A stretch of DNA of 64,000 bases from an uncultured bacterium (GCA_963827235.1 CAWHAE010000010.1:384001-448000); one strand, 5' to 3'. Shown: positions 29,745 to 40,019, counted from the first letter of the stretch. The notes: generated by a model not told the origin, from the sequence alone. Translations and numbers: made by a program.

Positions 29745-30725
29745 ATGGTGATGAGCGACCAATCCGCCACGAGCCGTACCGTACCAATGCGCCGGCGATT
29801 GACACGCGACAATCTTCACGGCGTGTGGGCCGCGGTGGCGACGCCGTTTGACATGGACGGTCGTTTTGACGAGGCGATCTTGAGGGAGAACGTGCGGCGC
29901 CTCTACGCGGCGGGCGTGCACGGGATCTACACCACCGACAGCGATGGCGAGTTCTACGCGCTCGAGCTCGACGAGTTCAAGCAAGTGGTCTCCGCTTTTG
30001 CCGACGAGACGCAGCGCCTCGGCGTCCCGGCTCAGGTGGGTGTGACCTGGTGCAACACGCAGGGCATGGTCGATAGGCTGCACTTTGCCGCCGACCACGG
30101 CATCCTGGGCGCCCACGTGGGGCATCCGTTCTTCATGCCCATGACGCCGGAGTCGTACAGGGAGTTCTGGCGTGACATGCAGCGAGCCGTGCCCGAGTGG
30201 TTCGCGCTGGTGCACTACAACACGCCGCGAGTGCACAACTACCAGTATGGACCTGACTATGCTCTGCTCGCACAGGATCTGCCCAATCTGATTGGCAGCA
30301 AGCACGTGGGCTCCAGCGTGCCAGAGTTCCTAACCTTGATGGCCAGCGCGCCGGAGCTGAGCCATTTCACCGGCGAGCATGCCATGGCGGCTTTCATGAT
30401 GCTGGGCGCTCGCGGCGTTTACTCGTGGTTTGTTAACTTCAACGCCGCCTACATGGTGTCGTGGTATGACGACATCGTGAACCGGCGATGGGAAGAGGCT
30501 ATCGCCAAACAGCATCGCATGCACGCCTTCATCACGGCGACGAGCATTCTGCAAGGGAACGGCAACCTGCACGGCATCGTCGGCAAGGCCGTGACAGCCG
30601 CATCGAAGTTTCTGGTGCCGGCGAACCGCACCCGAAAGCCGTACTTACCGATTCCCGATACCACGATTCGTGAGTTCCAGCGCCTCACCGAGGAGCAATT
30701 CCCCGATCTCTGCTGGCGGGGCTGA
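29745..30725 (+). CDS. Dihydrodipicolinate synthase family aldolase/lyase (atypical)
   Basis: GVWAAVATPF, DSDGEF, HYNTP, IGSKH (Schiff-base Lys). Confidence 0.85.
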   Translation: MVMSDQSATSRTVPMRRRLTRDNLHGVWAAVATPFDMDGRFDEAILRENVRRLYAAGVHGIYTTDSDGEFYALELDEFKQVVSAFADETQRLGVPAQVGVTWCNTQGMVDRLHFAADHGILGAHVGHPFFMPMTPESYREFWRDMQRAVPEWFALVHYNTPRVHNYQYGPDYALLAQDLPNLIGSKHVGSSVPEFLTLMASAPELSHFTGEHAMAAFMMLGARGVYSWFVNFNAAYMVSWYDDIVNRRWEEAIAKQHRMHAFITATSILQGNGNLHGIVGKAVTAASKFLVPANRTRKPYLPIPDTTIREFQRLTEEQFPDLCWRG

Positions 30726-30773
30726 CCGCCGCTCGATGCCGGGTCGCCGCGCCCGCGAGTGCCGGGTGACGTG

Positions 30774-31541
30774 CTACTCCGGCGCCATGCCGACGGCGAG
30801 CGCGGCGCCACCGGCCTGCCGAGCCGTGCCGCGCGGACCGGCGTTTCTCTTGCGCTTGGGCGGGGCCGCCGTCTTGCTCGCCATGGCGCCGATGGTGATG
30901 CCCTGCCCACCGGTGAGATGGTCGTAGAGCAGCGCCTTGGCCGTCGCCGGCTCGTGCTGCTCGAGTGCAGCGACGATCGGGCGGTGCCCCGACACGGCCT
31001 TGGAGATGTCGTCTACCGTGGTGTCGGCTATGTCCAGTGTGGTCTCGATCAGCGTGGCCAGCGGCTCCCACGCGCTCCGCACGGCCCGGTTGCCCGAGAG
31101 CACGATCAGCGCGCGGTGGAAGGCCATGTCGGCGGTCGCAAACGCCTCCACTCGGCCCGCGGCCACCCCCTGCTCCATCTCGTCGATGTCGCGGTACAGG
31201 TCCGCTGCCTCTTCCTCCGTGATGCGCATGGCCGTGCGCTGAATGGCCAGCGTCTCCAGCGTCAGCCGGCACTCGTAGATGTCGGCGATGTCCTGTTGCG
31301 TCACGCCCACCACGTAGGCGCCGCGCCGCGGCTCGCTGCGCACCAGTCCTTCTCGCTCGAGCTGCGTGATCGCCTCGCGGATCGGTAGCCTGCTGACGCC
31401 GAAGCGCTTGGCCAGAGCCGGCTCTCTGAGGCGGTCGCCGGGAGCAAACTCCCCCAGCACGATGGCGCGGCGCAGGGTCGCGGCCACGCGTTCCCACAGT
31501 GCTTCAACCTGCACAATCTCCAGCTTATTGACACTCAGCAT
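30774..31541 (-). CDS. GntR family transcriptional regulator (FCD domain)
   Basis: LRRAIVLGEFAPGDRL, FGVSRLPIREA wHTH, IYECRLTLE, DMAFHRAL. Confidence 0.95.
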   Translation of the reverse strand: MLSVNKLEIVQVEALWERVAATLRRAIVLGEFAPGDRLREPALAKRFGVSRLPIREAITQLEREGLVRSEPRRGAYVVGVTQQDIADIYECRLTLETLAIQRTAMRITEEEAADLYRDIDEMEQGVAAGRVEAFATADMAFHRALIVLSGNRAVRSAWEPLATLIETTLDIADTTVDDISKAVSGHRPIVAALEQHEPATAKALLYDHLTGGQGITIGAMASKTAAPPKRKRNAGPRGTARQAGGAALAVGMAPE

Positions 31542-31904
31542 TCTTTGCCTCCCCCCGATTCACCTGCCCGTACGTTATCTCAGGCCGGCAGCGACGCGTA
31601 CCCACCTCCGTAGGGACCACCGGGCCAATCTCGACAATCGGGCACCGAGCTGAGCTGGTGGTCCGAGACTACCCCTAAGTGTACGAGACGGTCCAGGTTC
31701 TGTCCGCCGACACTACGTTTCCGGCCGGCTCGCACCGGGTTGGGCGACAAGACCGTGAGCCGCGGATTAGCCGCTTCCGAGTGTACCGTTCGAAGGCACT
31801 CTTCTGCCCAGCCGGCGCCCGACTCGCATCACGTCCTGCCTCCCGCATCATCCCCATGCCGCTATCGGGTGCGGCTCCCAGGCGACACGCAACTCCCACC
31901 ACGT

Positions 31905-31949
31905 GATGATTGTATACTATTGACAGTTGACGAACGGGCCTGCTACGCT
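31905..31949. promoter_or_regulatory. Divergent gntR / uroD-like control region with three operator units
   Basis: TGTATAC-TATTGAC-AGTTGAC (31911-31931); plus strand TTGACA-18bp-TACGCT; minus strand TACAAT -10-like box. Confidence 0.7.
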
Positions 31950-32135
31950 CCGGCGACGGCGATTCCGAGTTCGCACCGGGACGTGGTGAAGCTGGAACAC
32001 CCCAGGGGGATCGGCCGATCGTCCGTTGTGCAGCAGACGGCCTGCTCGCGGCGTGTACTGTGTCGTCGCGGTGCGGGCTTGCAGCACGGCCGGTCGAGGA
32101 TAGGACGCATCGCGCCAATCTGTAAGGAGGATGCG

Positions 32136-33278
32136 ATGGCCATGAACCCGCGAGACAGGGTGCTCTGCGCGTTGAACCATGAGGAACCCGACCGGGTGCC
32201 GATATTCCTCGGCACGTCGGGCGCCACAACCATGCTTGCTCCCGCATACGAGCGGTTCAAGGCCTATCTCGGCATCAAGAGCGAGCCCAGGCTGTTCTCC
32301 AGGACAATGCAGTATGTGCGCCTCGACGAGGAGGTCATGCTCCGATTCGGCATCGACGGCAGGCCGCTCATCCCGGGTGCCGCTCCCTCGACACTGCGCC
32401 GGGAGATCGACGCGTGCACCATGGTGGACGAGTGGGGCACGACCTGGCGAATGAAGCCTGGCACCATGTACTACGAGATTGTCGGTTGTCCCTTGCGCGA
32501 GGCAACCGTGGCCGACGTGGAGCGATACCCCTGGCCCGACCTGACCCATCCCAGTCGGTTTGCCGGCCTGGCCGCGGAGGCCGCCGCCCTGCGCGACCAG
32601 GGCTTTGCCGTCGTAGCCCTTAGCGGCGTGAACCCGGTGGAGCAGATCTGGGGCTTGCGCGGCATGGACACGTGGCTGGTCGACCTCGTGGACAACCTGG
32701 ACTTCGTACAGGCACTGCTCGCGAAGGTGACCGACCTCATGCTTGCCGGCGTGCAGGCCCTTCTGGACGAAGTGGGCCAGTATGTCGACGTCCTGATCAT
32801 GGCGGACGATCAGGCCACTCAGCACGGGCCGCTGATTTCGCCCAAGCTGTATCGCGCGCTCTACAAGCCGCATCACGCCCGGCTCATCTCCGCCATCAAG
32901 CAGAAGACAGGTGCGAAGATCTTTTTCCACTCCGACGGCAGCGTATTCCCGCTGATCGGTGACTTCATCGAGATTGGCGTGGATCTGCTCAACCCAGTGC
33001 AAGTGTCGGCCAGGGACATGGGGGATACGGCCCGGCTGAAGCGATTGTTCGGCGATCGGTTATCCTTCTGCGGCGCCATCGACACGCAGAACGTGCTCCC
33101 GTTCGGCACTACCGACGACGTGCGCCGGGAGGTGCGCCGGCGGATCCACGACCTGGGTCCGGGCGGCGGATACCTCCTGGCGACCGTGCACTGCGTGCAG
33201 CCAGACGTACCGCCCGAGAACATTCATGCCATGCTCGACGAGGCGATCATTTCCGGGCGATATCCGCTCAGATCGTAG
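32136..33278 (+). CDS. Uroporphyrinogen decarboxylase/MtaA-like family protein
   Basis: AAGGAGG RBS; HEEPDRVP, DEWG, ADDQA, FHSDG, LNPVQ, GAIDTQ, GGGY..VHCVQPDVPPEN. Confidence 0.92.
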   Translation: MAMNPRDRVLCALNHEEPDRVPIFLGTSGATTMLAPAYERFKAYLGIKSEPRLFSRTMQYVRLDEEVMLRFGIDGRPLIPGAAPSTLRREIDACTMVDEWGTTWRMKPGTMYYEIVGCPLREATVADVERYPWPDLTHPSRFAGLAAEAAALRDQGFAVVALSGVNPVEQIWGLRGMDTWLVDLVDNLDFVQALLAKVTDLMLAGVQALLDEVGQYVDVLIMADDQATQHGPLISPKLYRALYKPHHARLISAIKQKTGAKIFFHSDGSVFPLIGDFIEIGVDLLNPVQVSARDMGDTARLKRLFGDRLSFCGAIDTQNVLPFGTTDDVRREVRRRIHDLGPGGGYLLATVHCVQPDVPPENIHAMLDEAIISGRYPLRS

Positions 33279-33287
33279 TGGCTCACA

Positions 33288-33337
33288 CAGCCGCCCGGCG
33301 GTGGTGAGGTTCGAACCCCACCACCGCCGGGCGGCTG
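33288..33337. terminator. 19-bp perfect hairpin between convergent genes
   Basis: CAGCCGCCCGGCGGTGGTG-AGGTTCGAACCC-CACCACCGCCGGGCGGCTG. Confidence 0.7.
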
Positions 33338-33358
33338 CATCGTCTCTGACCTGCCCGA

Positions 33359-34009
33359 CTACAACGGCGCCGCGTCTTGCGGCGCGCGGACAATTGCCTC
33401 GAGCGCGATTACAAGCGCCGTCGCGCCGGCATCGGCGTGGCCGACCGTGCGGTCCCCCACCCAATTCGCTCGGCCGACCTTAGCGCGCATCGGTATGGTC
33501 GCCGCGCAACCCTCTCGTGCCGCGGCGAGTGCCCGGCGTCCGGCTTCGCCAAGACCGAGCTGGGTCGCAGCGGATTGCTGCAGCGACTCGACCGCGGGCA
33601 CGAGCGCGTCGAGTATCGTCTTGTCGCCCGGCTGAGCCTTGCCTCGCTCACGAATGCCCGTCTCGGCTGCCGCGACCATTCGCGCCAGCAACGGCAAATC
33701 GAGCGTGGCGGCGCCCTTGGCTTCCTTGCCGGCGCGCATTCCGGCGGTGGCGATCAGGGCGCCCATAGTGGAGGCGGCAGCGCGGTTGAATGCCATGCCC
33801 GCCCTTGTACAGGTCGCCGATATATCCGCGTCCGCCAGTGTCGCCAGCTCATCGAGCACAGCCTGGCAGCCCAGGCGCATGGTGACGCCGAGATCGCCAT
33901 CGCCGAGCGCGGCGTCGAGCGCATTCAGCTCCTCGGCGCGAGCGACAAGCGCCACGGCGATTGCTTTCAGCGCGGCACGGACCTGATCGGGACTGAGCGT
34001 GTCACCCAC
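33359..34009 (-). CDS. dhaL: Dihydroxyacetone/erythrulose kinase subunit L (DAK2)
   Basis: LNALDAALGDGDLG, GKAQPGDKTILDAL, KVGRA, DAGA; AGGAGG RBS before GTG 34009. Confidence 0.9.
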   Translation of the reverse strand: MGDTLSPDQVRAALKAIAVALVARAEELNALDAALGDGDLGVTMRLGCQAVLDELATLADADISATCTRAGMAFNRAAASTMGALIATAGMRAGKEAKGAATLDLPLLARMVAAAETGIRERGKAQPGDKTILDALVPAVESLQQSAATQLGLGEAGRRALAAAREGCAATIPMRAKVGRANWVGDRTVGHADAGATALVIALEAIVRAPQDAAPL

Positions 34010-34040
34010 TGCATTTCCTCCTTTCGCCGCCGCGGCTCGC

Positions 34041-35046
34041 TCAACGCGCATTCTGAATGAAGAACGGCGACTCGGCGGGCAGCGTCCAGCCAGTGCGCCA
34101 GCTCGTCGTCCAGCCGCAGAATCGTCAGCGAAGCACCGCCCATTTCCATTGACGTGGCATATTCGCCCACGTAGGCTCGGTGGACGCCGACTCCAATCTG
34201 CGCCAGCCTCTGATGGATGCGTCGATAGAGAATGTAGAGCTCTTCCGGCGGTGTGGCACCGAGCCCGTTGACCAGTACGGCCACGCGGCCACCATTCTCC
34301 AGCCCGAGCTCGGCACACGTGGCATCGAACAGGCGGTCGGCTATGGAGTCCGCCGGCTCCAGCTTGCCCCGGCGCACTCCCGGCTCGCCGTGGATGCCCA
34401 TGCCTATTTCCATCTCATCGTCGCCGATGGTAAAGGTAGGTGTACCGGCGGCCGGAATCGTGCAGGGCGAGAGCGCGACGCCCATCGTGCGTGTGTTTGC
34501 CAGCGTATGGCGGGTGATCTGCTCGACCTCGTCGAGCGTCCGTCCGGCCGCGGCACCGGCACCCGCCGTCTTGAAAGCGAAAACCATGCCGGCCACGCCG
34601 CGCCGCCGCGCCGCCTCTGCAGCCGGGGCAGAGGCCACGTCGTCGGACACCAGCGCGGTCCGCACCTCGATGTCCTCGAGTGAAGCCATCTCAGTGGCCA
34701 TGTCGAAGTTCATCACGTCGCCGCCGTAGTTGCCGTAAATGTACAGGACGCCTCTGCCGCCATCGATCGCCTTCGTGACCTCGAGCATGACTTCGGCGCT
34801 GGGCGAGGCGAAGACATTGCCGACGGCGCATCCGTCGAGCAAGCCCTTGCCGACATAGCCCAGGAATACCGGTAGATGACCGGATCCTCCACCCGTGGCC
34901 AGGGCCACCTTTCCCTTGACAGGGGCGTCGGCACGCACGATGGCCCGAGGACTTCCGGCGGCGCGGAGCGAGTCGGGATGCGCGAGAAGCAGCCCCTGGA
35001 GCATTTCGTCGACGACTGCCATCGGCTCGTTGATGATCTTCTTCAT
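34041..35046 (-). CDS. dhaK: Dihydroxyacetone/erythrulose kinase subunit K (DAK1); apparent 1-nt insertion near 34080
   Basis: MKKIINEP, GGGSGHLP, NYGGDVMNF, GMGIHGEPG, YATSMEM. Removing one base restores the typical end LDAPAESPFF...TGA(34041). Confidence 0.9.
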
Positions 35047-35111
35047 GACCGGTACTCCCTTACGGCATCACTGCCGGAACAGCACTTTGTACAGGCAGTG
35101 CCGCGCGAAAA

Positions 35112-36059
35112 CTACTGCGATACCGACTTGCGGGAAGGTGAGCTGGAAGCCGTGTTCGAGCACTGGGCCAACGTGGCACGAAGAAACTCGGCAGACCGGC
35201 GGATCTCATCCAGGCCATTCATCCCGTCCTCGATCGAGATCCAACCGTCGAAACCAACGTCGCGAAGCACGCGGAAGATGGCGGGATAGTCGTTCAGTCC
35301 AGTCCCGATCTCGCCGTGGTGCAGGATCGAGGCGTAGCCCACGGCATCCTCTACGCTATGTAGCTCCGCCAAGGTGTGGCCGGGGGCGAGACCGCGGTCG
35401 CTGGCATGCATGCACACCACGCGGTGCTTGACGGTCTCGAGCACTGCCAGCGGATCATCGCCGGCCAGGATGGCGTTCGAGGGGTCGAAGTTGACGCCGA
35501 ACCACGGCGAGTCCAGCGCTTCGACGATGCGGCGAAAGACGGGCAGGTGCTGAGCGAACTCGGGATAGGTCCAGTAATTGTCTTTGTAATGGTTCTCGAG
35601 CACAAGTATCACGCCGCGGTCGGCGGCATGCGGCAAGAGGGATCCGATCGCGTCGACGACCATCGCCACGCCCTCGTCCTCGGAGATTTCCGGGCGACGC
35701 TGGCCTGAGAGCACCCTGCAGGTTCTCGGCGCCGGTGCGTCAAAGCTTGCCACGAGGTCGATCATCCGGCGCATCCGCGCGACCTCTGCCTGTCGAGCGG
35801 CCTCGTCCGGCTTGGTAAAGTCCGGTGAGGCGCACATCATCGGCACCACGAAGCCGTGTCGGGCCAGCGCAGCGCGAATAGTCGCCAGGTATCCGGCGTC
35901 GAGCGAGGTGAAGAAACCCGGGTACATCTCGAGACCGTCGACTCCGAGGCTGGCGGCCACGTCAATCCACTCGACCAGGGACATAGTGCGGGTGATGCAC
36001 AGCGCGTCCATGAAGCACTTGGGAAACGCCGCGATCTTGGACGAAGGCCCCAGAGCCAT
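35112..36059 (-). CDS. Sugar phosphate isomerase/epimerase (AP endonuclease 2 TIM barrel)
   Basis: LENHYKD, NFDPSN, MHASD, IGTGLNDY, ISIEDG. Confidence 0.9.
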   Translation of the reverse strand: MALGPSSKIAAFPKCFMDALCITRTMSLVEWIDVAASLGVDGLEMYPGFFTSLDAGYLATIRAALARHGFVVPMMCASPDFTKPDEAARQAEVARMRRMIDLVASFDAPAPRTCRVLSGQRRPEISEDEGVAMVVDAIGSLLPHAADRGVILVLENHYKDNYWTYPEFAQHLPVFRRIVEALDSPWFGVNFDPSNAILAGDDPLAVLETVKHRVVCMHASDRGLAPGHTLAELHSVEDAVGYASILHHGEIGTGLNDYPAIFRVLRDVGFDGWISIEDGMNGLDEIRRSAEFLRATLAQCSNTASSSPSRKSVSQ

Positions 36060-36100
36060 ACGCTCACTCCTATTCCGCTGCCGGCTACTCGAAGCCGATG

Positions 36101-36895
36101 TCAGGCCGTGTATGACGCGGTTGGCTGCACCGGCAGCTCCGAGGCGCCGGCGTCGAGCGGAAGCACCGTGCCGGTCACCTGGATCGATTCGTCAGATGCC
36201 AGGTAGATGACCGCGTGAGCCACGTCCTCCACGGTCTGGTGCCGTCCCATCGGCATGGTGGCTCCCACAACCCTGAGCGTCTCATCGGTCACGCCGCTGC
36301 CGTGCTGCAACTCGAGCTCGCCCTCGGTAAGCACCCAACCGGGAATCACGTAGTTTACCCGGATGCGGTCGCGAACGAGTGCACCGGCCAGGGTCCGGGT
36401 CATAGCGAGCAGGCCGCCCTTCGCGGCAGCATAGGCGACCATGTTGGGCAGGCCCTGAATGCCGGCGATGGAACCGATATTGACGATGCTGCCGCCGCCT
36501 GCTCGCCGCATGTGAGGAGTGGCGTGCTTGCAGCAATAGAAGGCACCGCGGAGGTCGAGGTTGAGGACGTCCTCCCAGAGCTCGGTCGTCGTTTCTTCGA
36601 GGGTGCCGCGAGGCATACGGCCGGCGTTGTTGACCAGCACGTCGAGCCGACCAAAGCTCGAGACGGCGGCATCCATCAGGCCGACGCACTGCTTCTCCTC
36701 GGTCACGTCGGCGTGGCAGTACACTGCCTCACCGCCCGCCGCAACCAGTGCCGCGGCGGCGGCGAGGCCGAGCTCGTCCTGCACGTCGCCGATCACGACG
36801 CGCGATCCTTCACGCGCTAGCTGAGCGGCGACACCGCGCCCGATTCCACGCGCCGCGCCAGTGACGACGGCGACTTTGCCGGCCATTCGTCCCAT
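36101..36895 (-). CDS. SDR family oxidoreductase
   Basis: TGAARGIG, NNAG, NIGS, YAAAK. Confidence 0.94.
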   Translation of the reverse strand: MGRMAGKVAVVTGAARGIGRGVAAQLAREGSRVVIGDVQDELGLAAAAALVAAGGEAVYCHADVTEEKQCVGLMDAAVSSFGRLDVLVNNAGRMPRGTLEETTTELWEDVLNLDLRGAFYCCKHATPHMRRAGGGSIVNIGSIAGIQGLPNMVAYAAAKGGLLAMTRTLAGALVRDRIRVNYVIPGWVLTEGELELQHGSGVTDETLRVVGATMPMGRHQTVEDVAHAVIYLASDESIQVTGTVLPLDAGASELPVQPTASYTA

Positions 36896-36941
36896 GTAGC
36901 GTCACCTCCAGAGTGTCGAACTCACGGCTAAGCGTACCACG

Positions 36942-37967
36942 CTACGGGATGAGCACAGCCTTGGCGACGCGGCCGCTCTCCATATCGTCGAACGCCGCGT
37001 GCCAGTCGCTCAGGGGATAGGTTCTCAGCAGTCCCTGTACGGCGAGCGATCCATTGCCGAGCATCGTCAGGGCGCGCTCCCACGTGGCCCACGTATGGCT
37101 GAACGAGCCCTGCAGGCGCACTGCTTTGGCGACCAGCGGATCGAGCGAGAAATTCAACGGCTCGCGTCCCCATCCGACCTTCGTTATCTGGCCTGCCGGG
37201 CGAACCAGATCGAGGGCCATACGCAGGCTTGCCGAAACGCCCGCGGCATCGATCACGAGGTCGGCGCCGAGTCCGTCGCCGAGCTCGCGCACGGCCGCCA
37301 GCGGATCAGCTCGGTCCGAGATGCATAGCTGCGAAGCGCCGAGCTGCCGGGCAATAGCGAGGCGGGCTTCGTCCCGAGCGAGTCCTATCACCAGAAGATG
37401 GGCCGGCCGCGTGCCCGCGAGCACGGCGGTGGCCAGCAGGCCGATCGGGCCGGGACCAATGACGATGGCAGTGTCGCCGGGACGGGGCGAGGACTGCTCG
37501 AGCACCGTGCCTATGGCAACGCAGCAGGGCTCGGTCAGAGACGCCACCTCCCAAGACAAGCCGACCGGAAGACGGTGGAGCAGGCCGGCTCGCGCGACTA
37601 CGTATTCGGCAGCGGCGCCGTCCAGGCCATAGCCAAAGCCGAGCCGGGTGGGGCAGAGATTGTACCGGCCTGTCCGGCACATGGCACACACTCCGCAAAC
37701 CCGGGCGGCGGTCTCGCAGGCCACGCGGTCGCCGGCGCTCCAGCCCTGGACGCCAGCCCCGAGGGCAACGATCTCGCCGCAGAACTCGTGCCCGAGCGTT
37801 ACCGGCCAGTTGACTTTCCAGGATTGAGTGCCGTGCCGCTGATGGAGATCGCTGCCACACACGGCAACCGCGCGTACTTTCAGCAAGACCTCACCGGCTT
37901 CTGGCGTGGGAACCGGCCGTTCCTGAATCTCTACAGATCCCGGCCCGAGATTGACCAACGACAGCAT
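36942..37967 (-). CDS. Zinc-dependent (MDR) polyol/sugar dehydrogenase
   Basis: CGSDLH, GHEFCG, CGVCAMCRTGRYNLC, GPGPIG. Confidence 0.93.
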   Translation of the reverse strand: MLSLVNLGPGSVEIQERPVPTPEAGEVLLKVRAVAVCGSDLHQRHGTQSWKVNWPVTLGHEFCGEIVALGAGVQGWSAGDRVACETAARVCGVCAMCRTGRYNLCPTRLGFGYGLDGAAAEYVVARAGLLHRLPVGLSWEVASLTEPCCVAIGTVLEQSSPRPGDTAIVIGPGPIGLLATAVLAGTRPAHLLVIGLARDEARLAIARQLGASQLCISDRADPLAAVRELGDGLGADLVIDAAGVSASLRMALDLVRPAGQITKVGWGREPLNFSLDPLVAKAVRLQGSFSHTWATWERALTMLGNGSLAVQGLLRTYPLSDWHAAFDDMESGRVAKAVLIP

Positions 37968-38081
37968 GGAGCCCTCCTCTTCCGGTCCTCGTGACGCGGC
38001 ACGCGCTAAACCTGCTCCATTGTAGAAGGAGCACTCTCTACACCGTTATCGATGGTCGCCGTTCGCCGCCGGTGCCTGTTG

Positions 38082-38999
38082 CTAGGCCGCGACCGACCGA
38101 TGCCGCAGCACGATCTCGGCGACGGCACGCCGGGTGGTCTCGTCGGGCCGCTCCAGCGGCAGGGCAGGCCGCCCGCTGCCAAAGCCCAGCGCCGCCGCCG
38201 CCAGCTTGGCCCCGGTCAGGAAGTGCCCATACTGCTCGATGCGCGCCAGGTCCGCTGCCTCCGCCTGCAGCCGCGCCACCGTGGCCCCATCCCCCGCCCT
38301 GGCCGCCGCGAAGAGCGCCACGTACAGCCGCGGCGCGAAGTTGGCCAGCCCGGGCACCAGCCCGTCGCCCACCGGCGGCGGCGTCTGGTTCATCAGCTTG
38401 CCGCTGCCCTGCAGCACCCGGAAGTGCGGCTGCTCCGCCTTGATGGCCAGGAAGCGGGCGAAGGCGCCCCCGTCCTCGGCCGAGTCCTTGATCCCGATCA
38501 CCCGCCGCTCGCTCGCCAGGGCCGCCACCGTCTCGGGCAGCAGGATGTTGTGCGTGCACTGGGGGATGTTGTAGAGCATCACCGGCAGGGCACAGGCCTC
38601 GAGCAGCCGCTCGATGTGTCGCTGCTGGTCGGCACCGCTCACGCCGAAGTAGTAGGGGGAGCCGGCCACCAGCACGTCCGCCCCTGCCGCTTCCGCCTGC
38701 CGGGCCGCCTCGCAGGCCGCGCTGGTGCCCGGCAGCATCACCCCGGCCAGCACCGGCACCCGCCCGGCGGCGGCGTGCACCGCGGCGGCCAGCACCGCCC
38801 CCCGCTGCGCCGTGCTCAGCCAGGCCCCTTCGCCAAAGCCCCCCAGCACGAAGAGTCCGGCGCAGCCCCCGGCCAGCACGTAGTCCACCAGGCCGTGCAT
38901 GCCCCCCGCGTCCGGCTCCCCCTGCTCGTCCAGCGGCGAGACCAGCGGCGGGATCACCCCGCCCAGGCTGATGCGCCTGCCCGCATTCTGCTCTGCCAT
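38082..38999 (-). CDS. Dihydrodipicolinate synthase family aldolase/dehydratase
   Basis: GVIPPLVSP, LGGFGEG, PYYF, LYNIPQ, GIKDS. Confidence 0.9.
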   Translation of the reverse strand: MAEQNAGRRISLGGVIPPLVSPLDEQGEPDAGGMHGLVDYVLAGGCAGLFVLGGFGEGAWLSTAQRGAVLAAAVHAAAGRVPVLAGVMLPGTSAACEAARQAEAAGADVLVAGSPYYFGVSGADQQRHIERLLEACALPVMLYNIPQCTHNILLPETVAALASERRVIGIKDSAEDGGAFARFLAIKAEQPHFRVLQGSGKLMNQTPPPVGDGLVPGLANFAPRLYVALFAAARAGDGATVARLQAEAADLARIEQYGHFLTGAKLAAAALGFGSGRPALPLERPDETTRRAVAEIVLRHRSVAA

Positions 39000-39047
39000 G
39001 TGCTCTCCGGTCCCTCTCTCTCTGCCCTCATCCCTCGCCTGCCGCCC

Positions 39048-40019
39048 CTAGACCACCCCGTTGACGCAGTTGGGCACCCGCTCGCCCCGCAGCGCCGTGG
39101 CCACCGTCTGCGCCACGCTCGCCCGCAGGCTGCTCACCGCCCGCGGACTGGCCGAGGCCACGTGGCTGGTGATCACCACGTTGCCCATGCGCCGCAGGGC
39201 GCTCTCCGCCGGCAGCGGCTCCGGGTCCGTCACGTCCAGGGCGGCACCGCCCACCCGGCCCGCGGCCAGTGCCGCCTCCAGGGCCGCCGTGTCCACCAGC
39301 GTGCCCCGCGCCATGTTCACCAGCAGCACGCCCTCCTGCATCCCGGCCAGCGACCGCGCGTTGATCATCTGCTGCGTCTGCGCCGTGCTCGGGCAGTGCA
39401 GCGAGACCAGGTCGCTCTCGGCCAGCAGCCGCTCCAGCGGCACCAGCGTGGCGCCCAGCGCCGCCGCTTCCTCCGCGCCGAGCAGCGGGTCGCAGACCAG
39501 CACCCGCGTCTTGAAGGGCAGCAGCCGCCGCACCACCTCGCGCCCGATGCGCCCGCAGCCCACCACGCCCGTGGTCATGTCCCGCAGCGTGTGGTAGGTG
39601 TTCAGGGGCAGCTGGGCACTCCAGCCCCCCGCCTGCACCGTCACGGCGTGCCGCACCACCTGCCGCGTCAGGGCCAGCATCAGGGCCAGCGTGTGGTCCG
39701 CCACCTCGTCGATGCAGTAGTCCGGCACGTTGCACACCGCGATGTTCCGGCTGCGTGCCGCCGCCAGGTCCACGTTGTCCACCCCGATGCCGTAGCGCAC
39801 GATCAGCCGCGCCCGCTGCATGCCCTGGATGGCCCGTGCCGTCACCGGCGCGAACTGCGTCAGCACGAAGTCCGCCTGGGCGCAGCAGGCCAGCACCTCC
39901 TCCTCGGTGCGGCACTGCGCCCCCACCAGCGTGCAGCCCAGGGGCTCCAGAATCTGCCGCTCCGTCTCCAGCTCGCCAAACGTGGAATCGGTCACCGCTA
40001 CCGTATAGCCTGCCATCAT
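39048..40019 (-). CDS. D-isomer-specific 2-hydroxyacid dehydrogenase (CtBP-like)
   Basis: RYGIGVDNVD, VPDYCIDEVADH, GCGRIG, VNMARG, LDV..PEP, TSHVA. Confidence 0.93.
   Translation of the reverse strand: MMAGYTVAVTDSTFGELETERQILEPLGCTLVGAQCRTEEEVLACCAQADFVLTQFAPVTARAIQGMQRARLIVRYGIGVDNVDLAAARSRNIAVCNVPDYCIDEVADHTLALMLALTRQVVRHAVTVQAGGWSAQLPLNTYHTLRDMTTGVVGCGRIGREVVRRLLPFKTRVLVCDPLLGAEEAAALGATLVPLERLLAESDLVSLHCPSTAQTQQMINARSLAGMQEGVLLVNMARGTLVDTAALEAALAAGRVGGAALDVTDPEPLPAESALRRMGNVVITSHVASASPRAVSSLRASVAQTVATALRGERVPNCVNGVV

Noticed and set aside
33307-33318. Possible tRNA gene
   Set aside because: Only a T-loop-like 11-mer; no cloverleaf or anticodon arm.
33967-34318. Apparent long dhaK/dhaL overlap or fusion
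   Set aside because: Explained by one extra base near 34080; dhaL has its own RBS and GTG at 34009.
38019-38055. Operator/promoter upstream of the Zn-dehydrogenase
   Set aside because: A minus-strand TACAAT is present but there is no good -35 and only a poor motif match.
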